NCBI GenBank assembly: GCA_028718805.1
Contig: JAQUKY010000006.1
Span: forward strand, 1,927 to 65,926
Reading direction: 5' to 3'
DNA length: 64,000 bases
From: Candidatus Nanoarchaeia archaeon
Lineage (GTDB): Archaea; Nanobdellota; Nanobdellia; Pacearchaeales; GW2011-AR1
The notes under the pieces are model-generated. The model was given only the letters and a program-made list of their open reading frames with translations. It was not told the DNA's origin and searched no databases. The position numbers were made by a program, and so were the translations under genes. Below, in pieces: positions 57,412-64,000 of the stretch; position 1 is the first letter of the stretch; the number at the start of each line of letters is the position of its first letter.

Positions 57412-58308
57412 ATGAGATTGTTGATGGAAAAAGGAAAGCAGAAAGAATTGCTTAAAAAAGAAAAAGAAAAACGCAAATTAACCTGGAGCAAATTTGCTTT
57501 AATATTGAATATAAGACCCTCTAAGCTAAAAACTTTCTTTAATGAGGAGGTTTTAATGGACAGTTTAACTTTTAATAAATTATTTTTAAAAAAAGAATAT
57601 AAAAAGTTTATTGTGAAAAAATTAGAGAATAACTGGGGGCAATCAAAAGGCGGAAAAAATTCAGATGGTAATTTAAAAGAGATTAAAATTCCGAAGAGAG
57701 CAGAAGAATTAGCAGAGCTTTGGGGAATTCTGCTCGGAGATGGAAATATACAAAAAACTTCTGGATATAAGCTAGGAACATATACTATAAAGGTTACTGG
57801 ACATTCTATATTAGATAGAGAATATCTTATTAAATTTGTTGAACCTTTAATCAAAAATTTGTTTAATGTTAAGATAAGAATATATGAATCAAAGGTTAGT
57901 AACGCACTTAATGTTATTGCAGATAGCAGGAGAATTATTGACTTTTTTGAGGAGAATGAGTTCAAAGCAGGAGATAAAATAAGAAATCAGGTTACAATTC
58001 CTAGTTGGATAAGAAGTAACCATAAATTTTTAGCTGCCTGTTTAAGAGGGCTGTATGATACTGATGGATCTTTTTATAGATTAGGAAACCAGAATAGTTA
58101 CCAGATTAATTTTAAAAATCTTAATAAAACTCTTTTAAAAGACGTTCATGATAGTTTAATTAGTTTGGGTTTAAGCCCTTCAAAAATTAGTGGAAGTATC
58201 CAGATATATATAACAAAAAAATCTGAAATAGCAAAATTTTATAAATTGATTGGATTTCACAATCCTAAGCACCTTAACAAAATAAGAGCTTATTTTAAAG
58301 CCCTGTAG
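57412..58308 (+). CDS. Stand-alone double-motif LAGLIDADG endonuclease-like protein
   Basis: LWGILLGDGNI and LRGLYDTDGSF motifs; N-terminal HTH-like segment; stop codon lies within the tRNA. Confidence 0.8.
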   Translation: MRLLMEKGKQKELLKKEKEKRKLTWSKFALILNIRPSKLKTFFNEEVLMDSLTFNKLFLKKEYKKFIVKKLENNWGQSKGGKNSDGNLKEIKIPKRAEELAELWGILLGDGNIQKTSGYKLGTYTIKVTGHSILDREYLIKFVEPLIKNLFNVKIRIYESKVSNALNVIADSRRIIDFFEENEFKAGDKIRNQVTIPSWIRSNHKFLAACLRGLYDTDGSFYRLGNQNSYQINFKNLNKTLLKDVHDSLISLGLSPSKISGSIQIYITKKSEIAKFYKLIGFHNPKHLNKIRAYFKAL

Positions 58309-58371
58309 TGTAGCGGTCAAGCATTCGGCCCTTTGGAGGCTGAGACCTCGGTTCGAATCCGAGCAGGGCTA
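58299..58371 (+). tRNA. trnQ: tRNA-Gln(UUG), no encoded CCA
   Basis: Cloverleaf: acceptor AGCCCTG/CAGGGCT (A1-U72), anticodon arm CGGCC-CTTTGGA-GGCTG, T arm CTCGG-TTCGAAT-CCGAG. Confidence 0.97.
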
Positions 58372-58399
58372 TCTATCATTATGATATATTGACGGAACT

Positions 58400-59116
58400 T
58401 TATTTCTTTGCGAGTTTCCATAAAGCATTAAACTGGCTTCTAAGAGAATTCGCAATTTCCTTATTTTCGGTAAGTATTGCATAATAAGGAGAAGTCCATA
58501 TAAAATTAGCTACTTTATTTCCATAGACCGCTATTGTTACAGGAGACAGGTATTCTTTAGGCAAATATCTAAACTCAGAATTCTTTGAACTTACTACTAT
58601 TCCTCTTAAATCTTCCCTAACCAAGACTTTTTCATGGATATTATTTTTTACAATTTGATTTAGGAACTGGTGTATGTCTATAGGAAGAACCTGCTGAAAT
58701 CTTCCCTCTTCTCCAAATGCAACATAGTCTTTTTTTGTCCTGATAAGGTCTTTTAATACTGCTTTTAATCCTTCCTTGCCTCTGAATATCTCAACTCTTG
58801 TTTCTTCTTCTTTGGCTTTTGTTAAATTAATAAGCTCTGGCATTACCTCTTGCAATTTTAATTCTTTTTCTTTTAAGTCCTGCAATAATTTTTTGGGATT
58901 AGCAGAAGAAAAGTATTTTACATTATTCTTAATAATGTATGAAACCAATCCTTTTTCAATCAGCTTATTTGTTAACTGATAAATTAAAGTTCTGTCTAAA
59001 TTTGTCTTTTCTGATATTTTTGTAGCAGTGGTTTCTCCTAGCTGAAGAAGGGCAAGGTAAACCTTGCATTCTTTTTCTTCCAATCCCAAATCCTGCAAAA
59101 GCTTTGTCAGTTCCAT
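58400..59116 (-). CDS. TrmB-family transcriptional regulator (cassette B)
   Basis: LGLEEKECKVYLALLQLG; IFRGKEG; FNALWKLAKK. Confidence 0.85.
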   Translation of the reverse strand: MELTKLLQDLGLEEKECKVYLALLQLGETTATKISEKTNLDRTLIYQLTNKLIEKGLVSYIIKNNVKYFSSANPKKLLQDLKEKELKLQEVMPELINLTKAKEEETRVEIFRGKEGLKAVLKDLIRTKKDYVAFGEEGRFQQVLPIDIHQFLNQIVKNNIHEKVLVREDLRGIVVSSKNSEFRYLPKEYLSPVTIAVYGNKVANFIWTSPYYAILTENKEIANSLRSQFNALWKLAKK

Positions 59117-59153
59117 TATAACAATAGAGAATCCTTATTTATAAATTTATTTA

Positions 59154-59176
59154 TTGTTGTTATTTAATCACAACAA
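59154..59176. promoter_or_regulatory. Palindrome TTGTTGT-N9-ACAACAA, putative TrmB operator
   Basis: 7-bp inverted repeat in the divergent promoter region. Confidence 0.5.
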
Positions 59177-59208
59177 ATCTTTAAGTAGTATCTCGTTACT
59201 ATTGGTTT

Positions 59209-59874
59209 ATGGTAAATACAAGAAGTTCGTGTTGTTATGCAAGCGAGAGAGAAGCCACACTATATGGGGCTTTGGCAGAATTAGATGTAAATAAAAAAAG
59301 AGAGCCTGCTCTTATTAAAGTAGTCAAATCTTTTGACTTGTCAATTCTTGATTATGTTAAACCAATCAATAGAAGTCTTCTAGAAATTCAGAATAATTAT
59401 TTACAAAGCGGGAAAAAGGCTAAACATAGAATTGAGGATTATTGGGACAGCAAAGAAATTGATTCTTTTAATGGGTTAGTTAATTGCCTAAATCTCGAAT
59501 CTGACGATTGTGATGCAGTTAGAAAAGGCAAGGTCTTCATAAAAAAGGGAAAAGTGAATGTAATTCCTACTTGCGGTTGGGGGGGAGGAAAATCAAGCGA
59601 TGAGGCAATTAATGGAATGATTTTTGGGGCCGTGTTGGGCGGGGTTTTTTCGTCATTAGGTCAGGCATTTTACCAGATAATCAAAGGAAACTCTATTGAT
59701 ACTTTTAATGTTTATTCTATAGGAAGAACAGCATTGATTGGGGGTTTGATTGTAGGATATATTTTTAGTAGAGGGATGTATATAGAGAGTGCTTTAGTAA
59801 ATCCCTTTGAAAGGATTGCATCAGGACTTGAACAAAGAGCAGATTATGTTTCTAAAAATATATTGGAGTATTAA
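59209..59874 (+). CDS. Hypothetical membrane protein (cassette B cargo)
   Basis: Two Gly-rich hydrophobic segments near the C-terminus. Confidence 0.6.
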   Translation: MVNTRSSCCYASEREATLYGALAELDVNKKREPALIKVVKSFDLSILDYVKPINRSLLEIQNNYLQSGKKAKHRIEDYWDSKEIDSFNGLVNCLNLESDDCDAVRKGKVFIKKGKVNVIPTCGWGGGKSSDEAINGMIFGAVLGGVFSSLGQAFYQIIKGNSIDTFNVYSIGRTALIGGLIVGYIFSRGMYIESALVNPFERIASGLEQRADYVSKNILEY

Positions 59875-59876
59875 AA

Positions 59877-60443
59877 ATGAAATTTAAAAAATTAGTTATA
59901 GGAACTGGAATTGCAGGAGGGCTTGCAGCAATAGTTTTAGGAGGAATTTCTTTGTTTGGGGGGTGGGGGAGTAGGGGAACAAGTGTTGAAAAATGTATTG
60001 GACATTTTAATAGAAAATCTATAGATATTGTAAAAGAAGACATAAGGTTTGGACCAGATCATAAGTATGTGATGATTGATAATAGAGACATAATAGTAGA
60101 TGGTATCATAAAATCAGATGAGGGAAAATATCTTAACATCAGTTCTGGTGCCAGAGTTTTAGTATCTTATGAACCTCGGATATATTCGTTTGTTGAGTAT
60201 TATAAAAAACAACGACTTGAGTCTTTTAAATATTTAGAAAGCAAGGCTGAAATTGATATTTGGGAGAGTACGAGTACGGGATATCCAGCTTATCTATTTG
60301 AAGTAGGACTTGGGTGCATGTGTGTTAAAAAAGGAGCAATAACAAATGATGCGGGAGATAGAGTCTATATTGGAGATGGGTATTTTATAAGACCTGGCAG
60401 TCAAAATAAAGATTCTAATTCTGTTAAGGAGAAAGTAAAATGA
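59877..60443 (+). CDS. Hypothetical exported protein (cassette B cargo)
   Basis: N-terminal signal/anchor. Confidence 0.6.
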   Translation: MKFKKLVIGTGIAGGLAAIVLGGISLFGGWGSRGTSVEKCIGHFNRKSIDIVKEDIRFGPDHKYVMIDNRDIIVDGIIKSDEGKYLNISSGARVLVSYEPRIYSFVEYYKKQRLESFKYLESKAEIDIWESTSTGYPAYLFEVGLGCMCVKKGAITNDAGDRVYIGDGYFIRPGSQNKDSNSVKEKVK

Positions 60444-60751
60444 ACAAAGAAGATATGATTAGTTTTGGGGTGCTTACAGTTATAGCCTTGGCCACATCTA
60501 TGGGTTTTGTCTCGGTTATGAAATATGCCTTAAATCGTAATGGAAAAGAGGCTTTAAATCTTCCACAAAACTCTAACATTAAACAGATTTCACGGCCTGA
60601 AGATTATAATAATGATGGAATATTAGATTATATTGTAAAATATAGAGATGGTAAATCTAAAATTTTTTATGGTAGAGGGTATGATGAAAGAGATATTGAA
60701 GGTAAGGTAGAATGGTACGACTTTGGATCTAGGGCGAGAATCTTAAAATAG
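60440..60751 (+). CDS. Hypothetical membrane-anchored protein with DxNxDG loop
   Basis: N-terminal TM; DYNNDGILD Ca-binding-like motif; ATGA overlap. Confidence 0.6.
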   Translation: MNKEDMISFGVLTVIALATSMGFVSVMKYALNRNGKEALNLPQNSNIKQISRPEDYNNDGILDYIVKYRDGKSKIFYGRGYDERDIEGKVEWYDFGSRARILK

Positions 60752-60770
60752 AATTAAAATTATTTTAAAA

Positions 60771-60908
60771 ATGCAATCAAAACAATTCACCATCACAGAA
60801 AGAATAGCTAAACATGGCAGTCAAGCTATAATTGTAATTCCAAAGATTCTAGAAGATAATCTAAAACCGGGAATTTTGACTCAAGTAACTATTGAAATAC
60901 TAAGTTGA
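60771..60908 (+). CDS. Small AbrB/SpoVT-like (swapped-hairpin) protein (45 aa), not in ORF track
   Basis: MQSKQFTITERIAKHGSQAIIVIPKILEDNLKPGILTQVTIEILS; G-x4-IVIPK pattern. Confidence 0.6.
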   Translation: MQSKQFTITERIAKHGSQAIIVIPKILEDNLKPGILTQVTIEILS

Positions 60909-60909
60909 T

Positions 60910-61026
60910 TTTGTCACAGCAAGGTGGTCGGATGATTTTATATATAACTCAGAACTGAGATAATCAACTGAAATAAAAAAAGTTCTGGATTATACCAAGA
61001 TGGTAGCAAGTCCTGGCGGGGCTATT
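60910..61026 (+). repeat. Shared cassette right-end module, copy 2 (includes core copy 6)
   Basis: 113/117 identical to 39053-39169. Confidence 0.93.
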
Positions 61027-61027
61027 T

Positions 61028-61738
61028 TTAATGTTTCTTATATCTACCTCTTGATTCAACTTTTTCTAATTGTTTGAGGATTTTATCTTTATCTTTGCTG
61101 TTGTAGCCCTTAATTATATGTTCAAAAAGAGATTTCCAATATAAAAAATGTTTTGCTTCCAAGGCTTGTCTTATTAAATGCAGATCAACTGCTTTGTCCT
61201 CGATTCTTTTTGAATGGAATCCTAGTCCGAAATCTATAAAATAGATTTTGAAATTTTTGTCTGATATTTTATTTTGGTAATCTGATAAACGATTTTTAAG
61301 TTTGTTTTGAGTAGCATAAGCTGTTTTAGAATTATTGATATCGGTTTTATTTTTTGAGTCTTCTTCTACATAGATCATATTAGAAGTTGTTAAGTCCCCG
61401 TGGATTATGTCTGAATCATGAAGTTTTGCTATTTCCTGGCCTATTTGCTCTGCAATTTGGTTTTTATTTTCTAAATTATCTAGGTAATCTGAGAGTTTTT
61501 TCCCTTCGATAGGCTCCATTATTATTTTATTATCTTTTGTCTCAATTACTTTTGGTACATTTACTAGCTTAGAAACTTTTTCAAGAATTTTTGCTTCTGA
61601 TTTTGTTCTTTTTTTCCTTAGGTTTTCATCTAGAACAGGGATTCTGTAGGATTTTTTTGTTCTATCCTTTATTATTTGATTACCTTTTAATGAGATGATT
61701 GCTTCTGCGCCTTGTGCGATGATTTTTTGTTTTTGCAT
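61028..61738 (-). CDS. bud32: KEOPS kinase Bud32, with long loop insertion
   Basis: QGAEA, RTKSEAKIL, HGDLTTSNM, DFG, EDKAVDL. Confidence 0.93.
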   Translation of the reverse strand: MQKQKIIAQGAEAIISLKGNQIIKDRTKKSYRIPVLDENLRKKRTKSEAKILEKVSKLVNVPKVIETKDNKIIMEPIEGKKLSDYLDNLENKNQIAEQIGQEIAKLHDSDIIHGDLTTSNMIYVEEDSKNKTDINNSKTAYATQNKLKNRLSDYQNKISDKNFKIYFIDFGLGFHSKRIEDKAVDLHLIRQALEAKHFLYWKSLFEHIIKGYNSKDKDKILKQLEKVESRGRYKKH

Positions 61739-61777
61739 TTTAATTTTGGATATTATCAGTAATCTCTAACTCATAAA

Positions 61778-61809
61778 CGCTTTGGCTTCTGTTCTCATAG
61801 CGTTTTAGT
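61778..61809 (+). repeat. 32-bp intergenic repeat (hairpin subfamily)
   Basis: 30/32 identical to 23211-23242; here within AAACGCT-N17-AGCGTTT. Confidence 0.8.
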
Positions 61810-61861
61810 GTTGCTTATTAATGATTTAGTCTATTTTTCTATTAATTTGCTCCTTATCATA

Positions 61862-62374
61862 TCACCATTTGTGAAGCTCTTTTTTCATTTCAAAAACCAC
61901 ACTGCTGCCAAGAGCATTTAAGTACTTTAATTTATTTTCTAAATTTTCCATAACTTCTTCTTGTTTATCTGCATTAATCTTTGTTAATTTTTCAAATTCC
62001 CTGAAAATATCCTTTTCTGTATTCACAAATGCGATTATTCTTTTAGATAGATTGTGAATGTTAAAATATAAAGGGCTGGCGGTTATAAAGAAATTAGCTC
62101 TTTGTTTTTTTAGTTCTATAAAAATCCTTCGAATATCTTTCTTGCTTTTTTTACACTCTGCTTCATGAACTGAGTTTTTGTAGGCTCTGATGTTTTTTTC
62201 TATTTTTTCAGCTAATTTTTCAAAATATTCTAATTTTCTCTTGAAAATTATGTCTTTTCTTGTATTCTTTATGCTTAGCCTGTGGTTTATGTAAGGGCCT
62301 ATTAGACTTCCAATAAGAACCCCTGATAACCCAACTAGGGCAGTTAATGCACCAGAACTCATATTTATTGCCAT
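61862..62374 (-). CDS. Hypothetical membrane-anchored helical protein
   Basis: N-terminal TM then coiled coil. Confidence 0.6.
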   Translation of the reverse strand: MAINMSSGALTALVGLSGVLIGSLIGPYINHRLSIKNTRKDIIFKRKLEYFEKLAEKIEKNIRAYKNSVHEAECKKSKKDIRRIFIELKKQRANFFITASPLYFNIHNLSKRIIAFVNTEKDIFREFEKLTKINADKQEEVMENLENKLKYLNALGSSVVFEMKKELHKW

Positions 62375-62454
62375 TTTTTGTTTAATAAAAACCTATTTAA
62401 ATATTTATTCGTAATCATAACATTATTTAAAAAGCTAATTAATAACAGAGGTTT

Positions 62455-62712
62455 ATGGGCGAATATAAACCTCTTGATGAGGTAATTAGCAATGAAAATG
62501 TCATTAAGGTACTTAGAAGTTCAATGCTTCCTGATGAGGATTCTTTGTTAGCTGAAGTTTCAGAAAAAAATGAGCTTGAATCTGCTATTAAGATATATGT
62601 TACTTCTAAACTTAAAGATGAAATGACTTATTTAGCAGAGGTTATTAGAAAAAAGGATAAATTGGGAATAAATAACTGGTATGTGAACTTTAAAGAAAGC
62701 TGTAAAAGTTAA
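62455..62712 (+). CDS. Hypothetical protein
   Basis: 85-aa ORF with AGAGGT upstream. Confidence 0.5.
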   Translation: MGEYKPLDEVISNENVIKVLRSSMLPDEDSLLAEVSEKNELESAIKIYVTSKLKDEMTYLAEVIRKKDKLGINNWYVNFKESCKS

Positions 62713-62718
62713 TGATTT

Positions 62719-63999
62719 TTATATCCTCATCTTCTTGCCAAACTTCTTGGCAAGTTTCATCATTTGCTTCTGGCTTAAACCCTGAGAGGGATCGAAATCT
62801 GAAATTTCCCCTCCCTGTGTCATTTCTTTTAATAATTTGTATTGCTTAAGAAGCTGACGGATGTCACTTGTGCTTGTTCCGCTTCCTTTTGCAATTCTTC
62901 CAAGGCGGGTTGTTTGTTTTTCCAGGATTTCTGGATTATTAATTTCTTCTTCTGTCATGCTGTTTATAGCATGCTGCCATTTTTTCATTTTATCTTCCTG
63001 GGTTCCTAGAAGATTATCTGGGATTTTTGCTTTTCCCAAGCCAGGAATCATTTCTGCAATCTTGGATAATGAGCCCATTCCTGACATTGATTTTAATTGC
63101 TCTTGCAAATCTCTAAGGTTAAATGAGCCCTTTTCTAATTTTTCCTTTAGTTTTTTCTGGGATTTTTCATCTGTTGCAGACTGTACTTTTTCTAATAAAC
63201 CTTCTAAATCCCCAAGCCCTAAAAGTCTTGATATAAATGATTTAGGATTAAAACTTTCAAAGTCATTCATTTTTTCTCCTGTCCCTATAAAGTAAACCGG
63301 AGCCTTTGTTTCATTGCAGGCAGTTAAAGCTCCTCCTGCTTTTGCAGTAGAGTCCATTCTTGTTATTATAACTCCATTAATATCTGCTGCTTTTTGAAAT
63401 TCAGAAGCCTGGGTTTTCGCAGCCTGGCCAATATCTGCCTGAATTGTTAATAACTTATAATCAGGCTTAATTGTTTTTGTCAAAGTTTTAATTTCAGAAA
63501 CTAGTTCTTTATCTAAGGAATGCCTTCCTGCTGTGTCAATTATTATTAAATCAAAATTGTCTAATTCTGGTTTGTATTCATTATAGATTCTAATTGGGTT
63601 TTTTTCTGTTTTATTTGTAAATACCTGGATTTTTGTTTGTTCACCTAATTGTTCCAGCTGGTCTGTGGCTGCTGGGCGATGAACATCTAAGCCTAACATT
63701 GCAACTTTAAATCCTCTTTTCTGGTAATAAAGAGATAGCTTTGCTATTGTGGTCGTTTTTCCTGCCCCATACAATCCAATAAGCATTATTTTTGTCTGCT
63801 TGTCTTTTTGCACTGAGAGCTCATGCTTTTCATTTCCCAGAAGATTTAGGATTTCGTCATGAAGCAACTTGATTAGGTGCTCTTTTCTTTCAACTCCTTT
63901 AATTTTCTCATCTTCAGCTGCTTTTTTTATCCTGTCACCTAATTCTTTTACAAGATGAATATTAACATCTGCCTGAATCAATGCTCTTTGCAGGTCTTT
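62719..63999 (-). CDS. srp54: Signal recognition particle protein SRP54 (5'-partial)
   Basis: LIQADVN, GLYGAGKTTT, DTAGR, TRMD..AKAGG, M-domain RIAKGSG. Confidence 0.96.
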   Translation of the reverse strand, partial: KDLQRALIQADVNIHLVKELGDRIKKAAEDEKIKGVERKEHLIKLLHDEILNLLGNEKHELSVQKDKQTKIMLIGLYGAGKTTTIAKLSLYYQKRGFKVAMLGLDVHRPAATDQLEQLGEQTKIQVFTNKTEKNPIRIYNEYKPELDNFDLIIIDTAGRHSLDKELVSEIKTLTKTIKPDYKLLTIQADIGQAAKTQASEFQKAADINGVIITRMDSTAKAGGALTACNETKAPVYFIGTGEKMNDFESFNPKSFISRLLGLGDLEGLLEKVQSATDEKSQKKLKEKLEKGSFNLRDLQEQLKSMSGMGSLSKIAEMIPGLGKAKIPDNLLGTQEDKMKKWQHAINSMTEEEINNPEILEKQTTRLGRIAKGSGTSTSDIRQLLKQYKLLKEMTQGGEISDFDPSQGLSQKQMMKLAKKFGKKMRI

Positions 64000-64000
64000 T

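Larger units (their letters stand above)
58366..61025. mobile_element. Cassette B integrated at the tRNA-Gln 3' end
   Basis: Begins at the tRNA terminus GGGCTAT and ends in core copy 6 (61014-61025); ends shared with C2; inverted repeats at 58373-58401 / 60979-61006. Confidence 0.85.

Noticed and set aside
57412-58308. Intein or intron-encoded endonuclease
   Set aside because: No Hint-domain termini (N-terminal C/S, C-terminal HN), no host extein, and the tRNA is uninterrupted.
58366-61025. Casposon or DDE transposon interpretation (inverted repeats plus target duplication)
   Set aside because: The two flanks of cassette B are not an exact duplication, no Cas1, PolB or DDE gene is present, and the only linked enzyme remnant is integrase-like. 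Disfavoured rather than excluded.
2411-63295. Short antisense or overlapping ORFs in the track (e.g. 2411, 2888, 3022, 4646, 5687, 7737, 8541, 9774, 10097, 13936, 15838, 16828, 18344, 21632, 23322, 26246, 30456, 32960, 34004, 34614, 38529, 39258, 41633, 42821, 44450, 45992, 46449, 53580, 55616, 57408, 62861)
   Set aside because: They shadow well-supported genes and have compositions typical of off-frame or reverse-frame translation.
1-64000. Alternative genetic code or additional RNA genes
   Set aside because: Conserved genes translate full length with the standard code, and no rRNA, second tRNA or SRP RNA was recognised by eye.

Overview
AT-rich DPANN-type archaeal chromosome segment; gene content and protein style suggest Pacearchaeota/Woesearchaeota (inference). 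The backbone carries housekeeping genes: Dph6, UppS, M16 peptidase, arginase-family hydrolase, ThpR, split Hef, EF-1beta, RPA, RadA, EndoQ-like PHP protein, aIF2alpha, S27e, RecJ-like DHH, uS15, Bud32, SRP54 and tRNA-Gln(UUG). It also has a surface-protein cluster at 1-8.8 kb and a type IV pilus locus (ATPase, TadC-like protein, ten pilin-like genes, prepilin peptidase) with a bacterial-type HldE gene inserted. The strongest unexplained structure is a cassette system. The 12-mer TGGCGGGGCTAT, which resembles a tRNA-Gln 3' end, occurs six times. Five copies divide 36.6-43.9 kb into four tandem cargo cassettes, and the sixth closes a fifth cassette sitting on the real tRNA-Gln (58.4-61.0 kb). 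Each cassette has its own imperfect terminal inverted repeats at near-constant spacing from the core. Two cassettes share nearly identical ends but carry different cargo. The only recombinase visible is a broken tyrosine-integrase N-terminus. Also notable: a dispersed intergenic repeat with one copy translated in frame inside Bud32, and a giant surface protein with identical DNA flanks around two different LamG cores plus a cytoplasmic tandem HTH tail. All alignments were done by eye; no database searches were run.
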